From an uncultured delta proteobacterium (GTDB lineage: Bacteria > Myxococcota_A > Polyangia > Haliangiales > Haliangiaceae), in NCBI GenBank assembly GCA_963743525.1, contig CAVUQH010000004.1:224001-288000 (forward strand): a stretch of DNA of 64,000 nt. The letters are read 5' to 3'. Numbering within the stretch: the first letter of the stretch is position 1; every line of letters starts with the position of its first letter. The position numbers and the translations under genes were made by a program. The notes below the pieces were generated by a model. That model was not told the DNA's origin, searched no databases, and saw nothing but the letters and a program-made list of their open reading frames with translations. Of the stretch, positions 9,645-19,687 are shown one piece after another.

Positions 9645-11243
9645 TCAGTCGCGGACGCGCACGGTGATCGGGGTGGCCCGCGCGTCGAACTGGTTGTCCG
9701 GCTCACCGTTGACCGCGCGCATCGGATCGTAGCCGCGCTGCCACGGCAGATCGACGTGCATCGACGCGAGCAGCTGACTCCAGCTGTCGTTCTGCCCGTC
9801 GATGAGCGCGATGAGATAGCGGGCGGACGCCTCGCCCATCTTCTCCCAGTAGGCGGCCAGGCCGTTGGTCACGACATCGAGGTATTCGGAGCCGCCGGGA
9901 TGAACGTCGATGAAGTCCTGGTCGTAGTAGTTGAACGACAGGCAGGAGTTGATCAGCATCACCTGGTAGCGCCACGGAAAGTTCCCGGCGCCGTAGTAGA
10001 ACGGCGCCAGCGGGCCGTGACCGAAGTGGCTGTGGCCGGTGTACGAGAAGATGTCGGCGTGCCAGAACGCCTCGAGGTAGCGCCACTGCGCGTGCTGGCG
10101 AACCTCGGGGCTGCCGTCCTCGTAGCCCTGGAAGACGCGAATCTGCACGGTCATGTCGCGGCGCACGCCGCCCAGCTCGACCTCGACCGGCAGCTCCCAG
10201 TAGATCCAGCGCTCGGAAAAATGCTCGACCACCTGCGCCAGCAGCTGGTCGCGCTGCGCCGTCGTCGAAGCCTCCGCGGGAAAGCCGGTGTTGTCGATGA
10301 CCCAGCTCTCGACGTCGTCCCAGGTGACGCCGTCGAGCTTCTTTCCGTCGACCCAGAAGTCGAGCAGCATCGAGAACGGCGCCGTGCGGACCACGTGCAG
10401 CTGGGGGAACTGCTGGCGCAAGGTCCGCTGGTAGCGGAGCATCTCGCGCAGGCCGTAGTCGCGCGGGTTCGACTCGTCCTGGTCGACACCGAAGAAGGCG
10501 TAGGCGACCAGCATGGTGCGGCTGGTGTCACCGGCGAAGCCCCACAGGCGATCGTACTCGGGGAAGGTCTCGCGCGGATCGCCGGCCGGCGTCAGCACCG
10601 CGCGGGTGGGCATGAACAGCCGGTCGCGGTCGGCGCGGCTGATCTGGTCGTTGGCCTCGGTCAGCGCGGCGGTGGTGTCGTCGATCGAGCCGGCCTCGTC
10701 GCTGATCTTCTGCCGGCACGCCGACCGCCCCGGGTTGTAGTGGTACCAGAGCGAATCGGCGGCCGGCGCGCTCTCGTCGGTGCAAGCCGGCACCAGGTCG
10801 GCGTAGCGAGCCTGGTAGTCGCCGAACAGCAGCGGCAGCTCGAGCGGCGCACCGGCAGTCCGAGAGCGGTCGACCAGGGCGGTGTCGCGGTAGTGATAGG
10901 TCACCCGCAGCACCTGCTCGGCCGCAGCGCCGTCGCTGTCGACCACCGTGAGCGGGGTGCGGATCCAGGCGGTCGGATCGAGGTTGCGCTGGGCGTCGCG
11001 GTCTCGGATGCCGATGCCCTGCTCGCGCAGCGCGCCCAGGGAGCTCTTGACCTGCCGCTGGATGGCCGCGCCGATGACATCGTCACTGGCCCCGGGATCG
11101 ACATAGACGAAGCCGTCCCACTCGATGGTGTTCTCGGCGCCTTCGACCGAGGTGACGTCGCGGTCGTCGTGCCCGCCGACCAGCCCGTCGACGCAGGCGC
11201 ACAATCCCAATCCCAGCAACCAGACCCAGCGGCTCGCCTTCAT
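9645..11243 (-). CDS. Hypothetical secreted lipoprotein
   Basis: Signal/lipobox LGLCAC, long ORF with high GC3, C-terminal YTGHSHFG and YQVMLINSCLSFNYY. Confidence 0.75.
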   Translation of the reverse strand: MKASRWVWLLGLGLCACVDGLVGGHDDRDVTSVEGAENTIEWDGFVYVDPGASDDVIGAAIQRQVKSSLGALREQGIGIRDRDAQRNLDPTAWIRTPLTVVDSDGAAAEQVLRVTYHYRDTALVDRSRTAGAPLELPLLFGDYQARYADLVPACTDESAPAADSLWYHYNPGRSACRQKISDEAGSIDDTTAALTEANDQISRADRDRLFMPTRAVLTPAGDPRETFPEYDRLWGFAGDTSRTMLVAYAFFGVDQDESNPRDYGLREMLRYQRTLRQQFPQLHVVRTAPFSMLLDFWVDGKKLDGVTWDDVESWVIDNTGFPAEASTTAQRDQLLAQVVEHFSERWIYWELPVEVELGGVRRDMTVQIRVFQGYEDGSPEVRQHAQWRYLEAFWHADIFSYTGHSHFGHGPLAPFYYGAGNFPWRYQVMLINSCLSFNYYDQDFIDVHPGGSEYLDVVTNGLAAYWEKMGEASARYLIALIDGQNDSWSQLLASMHVDLPWQRGYDPMRAVNGEPDNQFDARATPITVRVRD

Positions 11244-11257
11244 GGCCCGGCCCATGG

Positions 11258-11272
11258 GCAAGCCTCGTGCCA
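11258..11272 (-). promoter_or_regulatory. Consensus sigma-54 promoter
   Basis: Minus strand TGGCACGAGGCTTGC matches TGGCACG-N4-TTGC exactly, which favours a start at ATG 11243. Confidence 0.75.
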
Positions 11273-11362
11273 GAGGCGGACTGACGTCGGTTCGCGACCT
11301 TGCGCGGCGGCGGCGACTAGCGGAGTTGCCGGTGCGCCGTTGTCTTCGGCAACGGCGACGCG

Positions 11363-12895
11363 TCAGGCGACGTCGGGGACTGGCTGGCCCAGGGTCTGGC
11401 TGACCGCGGCGATCAGATCGCGCGGCATGATGGGCTTGTACAGCACCCCGGCGGCGCCCTCGACGGCGTCGCGCGTTCCGCCCGTGATCACCAGCACGGG
11501 CAAGCCGGGCGCCAGCTCGTGCAGGCGCCGCAGCACTTCGGACCCGCGCAGCCGCGGCATCGACAGGTCGAGCAGCACCAGATCGACCTCGCCCGGGCGC
11601 GAGCCGACCAGCTCGAGCGCGGCGTTGCCGTCGGCCGCCTCGAGGGCGCGATACCCGGCGTCGTCGAGCACGCTGGCGATGGCTCGGCGTACCAGCCGTT
11701 CGTCGTCGACGACCAGCACCGAGGTCTTGTTCGCGTCCGTGGACGTCGGCTCGATCGCCGCGGCAGCGTCGGTCGTAGCCGGCAGGTAGATGTCGAACAC
11801 CGTCCCCTCGCCCAACGTCGAGCGACAGCCGACGGCGCCGCCGTGCTCGACGACGATGGCGTAGGTGGTGGCCAGGCCCAGTCCGGTCCCCTGCCCGACG
11901 TCCTTGGTGGTGAAGAACGGCTCGAAGATCCGCTCGCGCACCTCGGCGTGCATGCCGACGCCGGTGTCGGCGACGCGAATACGCACGTGGTCCACGTGCG
12001 CAGTGGCGGAGGCGTCGATCAACTCGGGCGCTCCGGCCGCCACACGCTCGACCGAAACCCGCAGCTCGAGCGAGCCCTCGCTGCGCTCGACCAGCGCGTC
12101 CCGGGAGTTGACGAAGACGTTGACCAGGGCGTGCTCGAGCTGGCCGGCGTCGATCGCCACCCGCGGCAGGTCGCCACCGATCGACAGGGAGATCGCGATC
12201 TCGCGGGGAAAGATCTTCTTGCAGAACTCGATCGCCCGACCGACGACGTCGCCGACCTCTTCGTCTTGCACAGCGCCCGACGCCCGCGGCACCGCGAACA
12301 GCACCAGCTGGCGCACCAGCTCAGCGGCGCGCAGCGCTCCCTCGCGGGCCTCGCGCAGGTATGGCTTGATCTCGGCCGGCGCCTTGCGCTCGGCCAGCTG
12401 CACGTTGGGCAGGATGCCCATGAGCATGTTGTTGAAGTTGTGAGCGATGCCACCCGCCAGCTTGCCGACCGCGTCCATCTTCTGCGCGTGGCGCAGGTGT
12501 TCTTCCAGCTGCCGGCGATCGGTGACGTCGGCGGCCACCATGGCGATTGCGACCACCTTGCCGTTGTCATCGAAGACCGGGCCGAACCGGTTGTCGAAAT
12601 GCATGGTGTTGCCGTGGGTGCCGATGGCGATGTTTTCGAAGGCGGTGGTCTCGCCGGTGGCAACCACCTTTTCGAGCATCGCGTGGGCCTGCTCGCGATA
12701 GCCCGGCGCAACCCACCTGAAGATCGACTGGCCGATCACGTCGTCCATCGTGACGCCCTCGTTCACCCGGTTGACGTAGAGCACGTCACCGTTCGGGGTG
12801 ATCAACATGATGAACGCCGGCACTGCTTCCAGTACCGCGCGCAAGAAGGCATCAGTGCCGGCCTCCCACGGCGTCCGCTCCGCACCACTGCCCAT
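11363..12895 (-). CDS. PAS-domain hybrid sensor histidine kinase / response regulator (CckA-like architecture)
   Basis: PAS region, [20 protein letters not shown]-box, [14 protein letters not shown] and GTGLGL, followed by the receiver VLVVDDE...LLDLSMP. Confidence 0.92.
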   Translation of the reverse strand: MGSGAERTPWEAGTDAFLRAVLEAVPAFIMLITPNGDVLYVNRVNEGVTMDDVIGQSIFRWVAPGYREQAHAMLEKVVATGETTAFENIAIGTHGNTMHFDNRFGPVFDDNGKVVAIAMVAADVTDRRQLEEHLRHAQKMDAVGKLAGGIAHNFNNMLMGILPNVQLAERKAPAEIKPYLREAREGALRAAELVRQLVLFAVPRASGAVQDEEVGDVVGRAIEFCKKIFPREIAISLSIGGDLPRVAIDAGQLEHALVNVFVNSRDALVERSEGSLELRVSVERVAAGAPELIDASATAHVDHVRIRVADTGVGMHAEVRERIFEPFFTTKDVGQGTGLGLATTYAIVVEHGGAVGCRSTLGEGTVFDIYLPATTDAAAAIEPTSTDANKTSVLVVDDERLVRRAIASVLDDAGYRALEAADGNAALELVGSRPGEVDLVLLDLSMPRLRGSEVLRRLHELAPGLPVLVITGGTRDAVEGAAGVLYKPIMPRDLIAAVSQTLGQPVPDVA

Positions 12896-12922
12896 TTTTG
12901 CCCCCAAGCAGGAAGGCAAGTA

Positions 12923-13456
12923 TTACCCATGCAGGGCGATTGTCATCATGACGTCGTCCACCGAATTTGCCCCGATCCGGAATCGATCGGCGACCCGCCC
13001 GACTTCGCGAAAGCCGAGCTTGCGGTACAGGGCCAGCGCCGGGTTGTTCCCGGCAAAGACGCCCAGGTTGACCCAGGCCAGGCTCGGCTGCCCCCGGGCC
13101 CAGTCCAGCACCGCCGCCAGCAAGTCGGTTCCGATGCCTTTGCCCCGATAGGCGGCTTCGATGCCCATTCCCAGGGTCGCGCGGTGGAGCTCCGTCGGCA
13201 GCTTGCCGCCGTGGAGCTCGGCATGACCGACGATGTTGCCTGCGTCGACGTAGCCCCAGGTGCGCTCCCAGCCAACCTCGGTCGGGGCCAGCAGCCAGCC
13301 GGCCCGGCGCCGGGCCCGCAGCCGCTCCCGGTCCGGGGCCTTGCCGGGAGTGTGGGGACTGAAGATCGGCGCGCCCTTCTTGCCCGACTCGCGCGCGTGG
13401 CGCCACAGGTGCTCGACCAGCGGGTCGAGGTCGGGCTCGCCGAGCAGTCGGATCAT
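12923..13456 (-). CDS. GNAT family N-acetyltransferase
   Basis: LGMGIEAAYRGKGIG and VFAGNNPALALYRKLGF; ATG 13456. Confidence 0.88.
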   Translation of the reverse strand: MIRLLGEPDLDPLVEHLWRHARESGKKGAPIFSPHTPGKAPDRERLRARRRAGWLLAPTEVGWERTWGYVDAGNIVGHAELHGGKLPTELHRATLGMGIEAAYRGKGIGTDLLAAVLDWARGQPSLAWVNLGVFAGNNPALALYRKLGFREVGRVADRFRIGANSVDDVMMTIALHG

Positions 13457-13461
13457 CCGGG

Positions 13462-15255
13462 CTACCCGGCGAAGTAGTACAGGCCGGTGAGCTTGCTGAT
13501 CAGGATGTGAATCACCGCGATGATGGCGGCGGCAGCGAAAATGCCCGAGCCGATCAGCAGGGTGTCGTTCTGCGCTTTGTCGGTGGCTTCGAGCTTGCCT
13601 TCGCTGCTTTCGGCCCGGCTCTTGTAGGCCATCATCACGACCCACTTGATCAGGCCGCCGGCGAAGATGGCGGCGCAGGTCTCGAAGTCGAGCAGCATGC
13701 CGATGCCGATGCCGAACAGCGACGGCATGAACCGCGCAGCCCTGGGCCACACGGTCAAGAAGGCGTACAGGCAGCCGGCCAGACTGATCAGCGCGATGGC
13801 CACCTCGAGAGAGCCGGTCATGTAGGCGCCGCCAGCGTAGGTCTTGGCCATGGTGGCGTAGATGGTCGGGCCCGGGGCGGGCAGGCTGGTACCGGCACCG
13901 AAGCCCATCGCCTTGTCGAGGAACAGAATCGCCGGCACCGCGACCAGGACACCGACGATGACGCCGATGAACTGCACGGTAGTTTGGTGAACCGGGTTGG
14001 CGTTGACCAGGTAGCCGGTGCGGTAGTCCTGCATCATGTCCACCGCCATGCCGGCGAGCATGGTGGCGATGATGGTCATGCCCAGCAGCATGGTCGCGGT
14101 GGTCGACAGCGCCAGGGCGAAGACGGTGAGGATGACGATGATGACCAGGCGAACCGGGTTGATGTCGGTGTCGCCGGTGACGCGGCCGTTCATGATGCAC
14201 AGCGGCACGCAGAGGATCCCGACCAGCACGGTCACGTACCAGGGCAGGTCGAACAGCGAGCCGGCCGACAGCACCGCGATGCCGGTGCCGAGGACGGCGA
14301 CCACCGCGTAGACCAGCGACATGTTGGCCGGGGTCGGGTAGCTGGTCACGCCCGGCTTGAAGCCGGCGGGAACCACCGCCGGCGTGCGGAACAGGTAGGC
14401 GAACAGCAGCGTGGCGAAGGTCGGCAGGGTCAGCACGGCGATGGCGCTCCAGCGCAGCCAGTCGCCGTAGTGGGTCGCGTCGATGCCGTGGGAGTTGAGC
14501 AGCGGCCCCAGCACCACCGGCCCGGCCAGCGCGCCCATGAGCAGGCCGATGCCGATGCGCGGGCCGACGACGATGCCAATGCCGAACCCGACCGGATTCG
14601 CCGAGATGCCCAGGCTCTTGCCGTGCAGGCTGGTGATCTCGAGGTTGGGCAGGATCGCGTGGGCGCCCTTGGTGAAGGTGATGCTCGACAGCGTCGACCA
14701 GATGCCGGCGATGCCGCTGAAGATGCCGAGCAGGCGCACCGGCCGCTTGGCCGCCTCGGAGTGGTCGGTGACCGTCTTCTGGATCACCGCGCAGGCCGTG
14801 CCCGACGGGAAGTAGTACTTGATCATCTGCTTGCGCACGGCCGAGCCGAGGACCACGCCCATCATGCCGACGCCGAAGAACAACACGCCGAGCATGACCG
14901 GGTCGGCGTGATAGCTGGGGAACGCGATGCGCACCGCCGCGTAGCTGGTGGCGGCGAAGCCGACCGTGCCGCCGGCGCTGGCCATGGTCTGGCCCAGGTT
15001 GAGCGACTGGATGTGCGCGCGGCGGCGGAAGACCGACAGGATGCCGACGGCGGCGACCACCGCGATCAGCGAGCCACCGTCGCCCCAACCGGTGAGCAAC
15101 GTGGTGTAGATGTTGGTCACCGCCAGGGCCGCGGCGAGCAGGCCGTAGGTGATCCACTCGCGGATCGGCAGGGCCGGGAAGTGGCCGGGGCGCCCTTCCG
15201 AGGGGTTGACCTCGGCGCGCGTGTCGACAGCGGGCTTGATCTTGGAATCACTCAT
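13462..15255 (-). CDS. OPT/YSL family oligopeptide transporter
   Basis: Polytopic membrane protein with NIYTTLLTG, QTMASAG, FPSGTACA, MMQDYRTGYL and LPAP. Confidence 0.9.
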   Translation of the reverse strand: MSDSKIKPAVDTRAEVNPSEGRPGHFPALPIREWITYGLLAAALAVTNIYTTLLTGWGDGGSLIAVVAAVGILSVFRRRAHIQSLNLGQTMASAGGTVGFAATSYAAVRIAFPSYHADPVMLGVLFFGVGMMGVVLGSAVRKQMIKYYFPSGTACAVIQKTVTDHSEAAKRPVRLLGIFSGIAGIWSTLSSITFTKGAHAILPNLEITSLHGKSLGISANPVGFGIGIVVGPRIGIGLLMGALAGPVVLGPLLNSHGIDATHYGDWLRWSAIAVLTLPTFATLLFAYLFRTPAVVPAGFKPGVTSYPTPANMSLVYAVVAVLGTGIAVLSAGSLFDLPWYVTVLVGILCVPLCIMNGRVTGDTDINPVRLVIIVILTVFALALSTTATMLLGMTIIATMLAGMAVDMMQDYRTGYLVNANPVHQTTVQFIGVIVGVLVAVPAILFLDKAMGFGAGTSLPAPGPTIYATMAKTYAGGAYMTGSLEVAIALISLAGCLYAFLTVWPRAARFMPSLFGIGIGMLLDFETCAAIFAGGLIKWVVMMAYKSRAESSEGKLEATDKAQNDTLLIGSGIFAAAAIIAVIHILISKLTGLYYFAG

Positions 15256-15375
15256 GGCCGCGGCTCATGTACCACAGCCCGTCGGGCTTTTGAACAAGCC
15301 TCGCTCCGGCGGCAGCCAGCGTGCAGCTAACCGCCACTCACCGCCGGAATCGGGTGCTTGCGGGGCCGGCGTCGC

Positions 15376-15978
15376 CTAGTGGGCGATGACCGCCGCACCC
15401 GCGCCGACCGCCAGGATCGACAGCGCCCGCAGGCCGCTGCTCTGCAGCCAATCCTCGACGGTGATCAGCGCCGGCAGCGTGATCTCGCCCTCGGCCGGCG
15501 AGCGGAAGCTGTGGGCCACCGCCAGCACGCGGATCTCGTTGCGCACGCGGACGAAGGCGATGGCGTACGGGAACTCGCGCAGGTAGACCCGGCGCACGCC
15601 CAACCCCTGGGGCACGCCGCCGTGGAAGCCGAAGCCGCCCGGGTTCTTCTGCACCAGGTCGAGGGCGTCTTGCACGTGCTGGAGGAACGCCTCCATCTGC
15701 CCCGGTTGATCGGCGTACCAGCTGGCGGCGCGCTCGATGTCGACCTCGGCGTCGAGCTCGAAGCGGACGCGCACCGGCGGACCGCCGCGGAGGTAGGTGA
15801 TGGTGCCCAGCTCCTGACCGGCGACGCGGCGGGCACGCTCGCCGATCAGCTGGTTCCACGCCTCTTCGGCCTCGCTGATCGCATTGATGCTGGAGACCAG
15901 TCGGGCGGCGAGCTCGGCCCGCTCTTTTGGCGGCAAGCGCAGTGCCCGCTCGAGGAGCAGCTTGGTTTCGTCGGTCAC
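15376..15978 (-). CDS. Fused addiction-module antitoxin + RelE/ParE-family toxin domain
   Basis: N-terminal LLERALRLPPKERAELAARLVSSI...EEAWNQLIGERARR. C-terminal VRFELDAEVDIERAASWY...VRRVYLREFPYAIAF...IRVLAVAH. No stop codon between them. Confidence 0.75.
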   Translation of the reverse strand: MTDETKLLLERALRLPPKERAELAARLVSSINAISEAEEAWNQLIGERARRVAGQELGTITYLRGGPPVRVRFELDAEVDIERAASWYADQPGQMEAFLQHVQDALDLVQKNPGGFGFHGGVPQGLGVRRVYLREFPYAIAFVRVRNEIRVLAVAHSFRSPAEGEITLPALITVEDWLQSSGLRALSILAVGAGAAVIAH

Positions 15979-16070
15979 GTCCCTCCCCTACGCCGATCAA
16001 GCGTACCGGCGGCCCCCGCTCGGGTCACGCGGATTCGTATCCGGACGGTGCTACAGGGTATGGTCGGCCG

Positions 16071-17024
16071 GTGCGAGTTCTCGTGTTTGCGCTGATCATC
16101 GTCGCGGCCGCGATCGGCGGCGCTGCAGTCGGCTATCGGCTGGCGCCGGCCCCGGCCCGGCCCGATGGTGCCGCGGTGTCGTCACCGCCGGCCGCTGGTG
16201 ATCCCGAGGCCCTGGCGGAGCTGGCCCGCGGCGCGCTGGAGCAGACGATGATCCACGGCGACCCACTGACCGCGCCGCAGCTGATGAAGCGCCTGCGCAT
16301 GCGGGTGCCGCGGGCCGATCTGGCGGTCTACGACACCCGCGGCGTGGAGGCGTTCGGCCCCGAGCCGCGCGCGCCGCACCCGCGCGACATGCGCCCGCAG
16401 CTGGTCGCCGCGCTCACCGATCGCCAGCGCCACGACTCACCCGACGGCACCGTCTTTCGCCCGCTGCGCTCGGACGACTCGTGCACGGGATGTCACGACG
16501 ACCACGCCGAGGTGCGCGGCGTGCTGTCGCTGGAATTCGCCGACAGCTGCGACGGCGCCGCCGGGCGCGCGGCGATCGACAGCCTGGTCAGCGACACCCG
16601 CGCCCAGCTCGAGACCGCCGACGCGGGTGACCTGCTCGGCGGATTCACCACAGCGCTGCCGCCGGCCGACGACGACGTCGCCGCCTGCCCGCAGGCACGG
16701 CTGGAGCAGACGATCGAGACCGCGTTCCTCTACCTGATGCGCGCGCACCAGGGCCGGCGCGCCTACCAGCTGCTCGATACCGCGGTCAACAGCGGTGTGC
16801 TCGCGCGCGGGGCGCTGTTCGATGCCGCCGGCCGCACGATCTACGACACCACGCGCGAGCCGCCGCCCGATCGAATCACCCGGGCGCTGGCCGGCGACAC
16901 CGTCACCGACCGCGGCGACGGCGACCGACCGCGGGTGACCTTGCCGCTGCCCGGCGGCAAAGAGTGCGCGCGTTGTCACGGCGACGCCGAGAATCTCGGC
17001 GCCATCAGCGCGACGATTCCCTAG
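16071..17024 (+). CDS. Membrane-anchored/periplasmic protein with two c-type heme motifs (tandem heme-sensor-like domains)
   Basis: N-terminal hydrophobic helix from GTG 16071; RPLRSDDSCTGCH...VRGVLSL and LPLPGGKECARCH...LGAIS. Confidence 0.7.
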   Translation: MRVLVFALIIVAAAIGGAAVGYRLAPAPARPDGAAVSSPPAAGDPEALAELARGALEQTMIHGDPLTAPQLMKRLRMRVPRADLAVYDTRGVEAFGPEPRAPHPRDMRPQLVAALTDRQRHDSPDGTVFRPLRSDDSCTGCHDDHAEVRGVLSLEFADSCDGAAGRAAIDSLVSDTRAQLETADAGDLLGGFTTALPPADDDVAACPQARLEQTIETAFLYLMRAHQGRRAYQLLDTAVNSGVLARGALFDAAGRTIYDTTREPPPDRITRALAGDTVTDRGDGDRPRVTLPLPGGKECARCHGDAENLGAISATIP

Positions 17025-18658
17025 CCGGCGAACAGGCCGCGGGCGACGACCTTGAGCTCGAGCACCGGCTTGACGCCCTCGAAGATCGGCAACACCAGCG
17101 CGTCGACCACGTAGCGGCTGATGGCGTACTCCTCGGCGTAGCCCCAGCCGCCGTGGAGCAGCTGGCCCTGCTGGGTCACCTCGACGGCAACGTCGCACGC
17201 GAGCAGCTTGGCCTGGGCGGCCAGCGGCGCGGCGGCGCGCTCGTCCTCGTCCATCGCCTCGGCGGCGGCGTAGGTGATGGCGCGGGCAGCCGCCAGCCTG
17301 GCCGCCATGCGGCCGAGCGTGTACTGGGTCAGCTGGAAGTCGACGATCGGCCGCTTGAACTGCGAGCGCTGGACCACGTACTCGGCGGTCTTCTCGACCG
17401 CCGCCTGGGCGACGCCGCAGGCGCGGCCGCCGGTCTGCAGGCGGCCCGCGGCGAAGCCGGCCATCTGCAGGTAGAAGCCGCGCCCCTCGCCGGCATCGCC
17501 GCCGACCAGGTTGGCGGCGGGCACGAACCAGCGCTCGAAGGCGAGGGTGAACGAGTGCATGCCGCGGTAGCCGGGCGTGGCGTCGGCCTTGCCTTCGAGA
17601 CGCCCGCCGCCGGGCTGGGTGAACGAGAACTCGTGGCCGTCGTCGCGCGGCTTGGGCACGATGAACAGCGACAACCCTTTGGCACCCTTGGCCGGGTCCG
17701 GATCGGTGCGGCAGAGGACCGCGAGGATGTCGGCGCGGCCGGCGAAGGTGCACCACGACTTGGCGCCCTCGATGACCCAGCCGTCCTCGCCGTCGACGGT
17801 GGCGCGCTCGGCGCGACACGACAGCGACGCGACGTCGGAGCCGACGTTGGGCTCGGTGACCGAGATGCCGACCATCAGCTCGCCCGAGGCGATGCGCGGC
17901 AGCCAGCTCTTCTTCTGCTCGTCGGTACCGCCGGCGAGCAGCGCCTTGGCCAGGATCTCGGGGCGGGTAATCAAGCTGCCGGCCGACGCCAGCGACGCCC
18001 GCGACAGCTCCTCGGTGGTGAGGATCATCGCCAGGTTGCCCATCTCGTGGCCGCCGTACTCCTCGGGCACCGACAGACCGAAGAAGCCCATCTCGCTCAT
18101 CTGCTCGATGAACGCGTCGGGCACCAGATCGTCGTGACGATGGATGTGCTCGGCGTGCGGAGCCACCTCGGCGTCGGCGAACTGGCGCACGGTGTCGCGC
18201 ACCTGCTCGAGGGTCGAGTCGAGCGGCAGCCGCTGGCGACCGCCGGACTCGGCGACTTCGCGGCCGATCTCGCGCACGGCCTCCTGGCCGGCGCCGCGGC
18301 GCAGCGCCGCGCGGACGTCGGCGTCGTAGAAGGTGTCGACCTCGTCGTCGGCGATGCGCAGATCGCCGAGGACCAGGTTGAGTCGGTCGCGGGCGCTCAC
18401 CGCCAGCTCGCAGACGCCGGCGGTGGCCAGGCGCGCGAGCTGCGGCGTGACCTTGCCGGTTCGGTCGACGAAGGCCATCAGCTCTGCTGCCGCCCGCGCC
18501 TCGGTCGCCGCGTAGGCGACCCGCTCGGCCACCACCTGGTGATCGTCGATCCGCTTGCCGCCGTCGGTCAGCTCACGGGCACGGGCGGTCGCCCGGTCCG
18601 TCAGCCCACGCACAGCGGCCAGCGCCATCCGGGCATCCTGCATGTCGTCTGCGCTCAT
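17021..18658 (-). CDS. mcd: Acyl-CoA dehydrogenase, probable (2S)-methylsuccinyl-CoA dehydrogenase
   Basis: 545 aa with an N-terminal extension; FGLSVPEEYGG, GSLITRPEI, TEPNVGSD, GYRGMHSF, RLQTGGRACGVAQAA, HGGWGYAEEY and IFEG. The ACAD call is firm; the Mcd subfamily is inferred. Confidence 0.75.
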   Translation of the reverse strand: MSADDMQDARMALAAVRGLTDRATARARELTDGGKRIDDHQVVAERVAYAATEARAAAELMAFVDRTGKVTPQLARLATAGVCELAVSARDRLNLVLGDLRIADDEVDTFYDADVRAALRRGAGQEAVREIGREVAESGGRQRLPLDSTLEQVRDTVRQFADAEVAPHAEHIHRHDDLVPDAFIEQMSEMGFFGLSVPEEYGGHEMGNLAMILTTEELSRASLASAGSLITRPEILAKALLAGGTDEQKKSWLPRIASGELMVGISVTEPNVGSDVASLSCRAERATVDGEDGWVIEGAKSWCTFAGRADILAVLCRTDPDPAKGAKGLSLFIVPKPRDDGHEFSFTQPGGGRLEGKADATPGYRGMHSFTLAFERWFVPAANLVGGDAGEGRGFYLQMAGFAAGRLQTGGRACGVAQAAVEKTAEYVVQRSQFKRPIVDFQLTQYTLGRMAARLAAARAITYAAAEAMDEDERAAAPLAAQAKLLACDVAVEVTQQGQLLHGGWGYAEEYAISRYVVDALVLPIFEGVKPVLELKVVARGLFAG

Positions 18659-18702
18659 CGCCGGCAAGCCTACCGGCTTTTGACGCAGCGCGCTATAGGC
18701 TT

Positions 18703-19560
18703 TCAGCTGTCGAAGATGCCGAGCGGCATCTTGAGGTAGCGTCGGCCGTTGCCGGCCGGCTCGGGCAGGCGCCCGGCCTCGATGTTGACCTGAAGGCTCT
18801 GCAGGATCAGGTTGGGCGGGGACAGCTCGGCGTCGCGATTGCGCCGGGCGGTGACGAAGTCGCTTCGGCTGGTGCTGGCGCGCAGGCGGATGTTCTGTTC
18901 CTTGGACGCGCCTACGGTGGTCTGGTACTGCAGCTCGCGTCCGCCCGGCTGGTAGTCGTGGCCGACGAAGATCCGCGTCGCGTCGGGCCGCGTGTACAGC
19001 TTGGTGGTGATGGACTCGTAGAGATCCTCGGGGCTGCCGCCGGGGAAGTCGGTGCGACCGGTGCCGTAGTCGGGCATGAACAGGGCGTCGCCGGTGAACA
19101 GCGCGTCGCCGATCGAGTAGGTCAGGCAGGCGGGAGTGTGTCCCGGGGTGTGCAACGCCTGCAGCTTCAGGCTGCCGGCCTCGAGCGTCTGCCCGTCGGC
19201 GAGCAGCTCGTCCCACTGCGAGCCGTCGGCGGGCACGTCCATGTCGAAGATGGGCGCGAACGCCTGCTGCACTTTGGTGATGCCGGCGCCGATCGCCGTC
19301 GGTGCGCCGAAGGCCCGTTTGAGCACGTCCATCCCGCTCAAGTGGTCGGCGTGCGCGTGGGTGTCGAGCACCCAGTGCACCTGGAGTGACTTCTCACGGA
19401 CGAATCGCCTCACCTCGTCGGTCGACTGCGTGGTCACCGCCCAGCGGCGAGCATCGAAGTCGAGCACCGGGTCGATCACCAGCGCATCCCGCGTGGCCGG
19501 GTCGTAGACGACGTAGGTCAGCGTGTAGGTGGCTTCGTCGAAGAACGCCTCGATCTGCAT
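18703..19560 (-). CDS. MBL-fold persulfide/sulfur dioxygenase (Blh/ETHE1-like)
   Basis: [60 protein letters not shown] and SLQVNIEAG. Confidence 0.9.
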   Translation of the reverse strand: MQIEAFFDEATYTLTYVVYDPATRDALVIDPVLDFDARRWAVTTQSTDEVRRFVREKSLQVHWVLDTHAHADHLSGMDVLKRAFGAPTAIGAGITKVQQAFAPIFDMDVPADGSQWDELLADGQTLEAGSLKLQALHTPGHTPACLTYSIGDALFTGDALFMPDYGTGRTDFPGGSPEDLYESITTKLYTRPDATRIFVGHDYQPGGRELQYQTTVGASKEQNIRLRASTSRSDFVTARRNRDAELSPPNLILQSLQVNIEAGRLPEPAGNGRRYLKMPLGIFDS

Positions 19561-19572
19561 GACGTTCAGCAA

Positions 19573-19588
19573 AGCAGACCGTGTGCCA
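19573..19588 (-). promoter_or_regulatory. Sigma-54 promoter of the persulfide dioxygenase gene
   Basis: Minus strand TGGCACACGGTCTGCT = GG-N10-GC. Confidence 0.6.
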
Positions 19589-19687
19589 CCCACAAGTGGC
19601 TGAATTTAAAGCAGCTTATCGTCTCGGTGCGGCGGTTCGTCGCAACAGCGTCGCAACGACTTCCGGCCCTCGGGGCGAGGTCCGGAA

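Noticed and set aside
12923..15157. 744-aa fusion ORF ending in the GNAT domain, and similar long N-terminal extensions (17021-19216, 47107-49038, 57950-60289)
   Set aside because: The extensions are off-frame read-through over the upstream genes; the true starts were reassigned.
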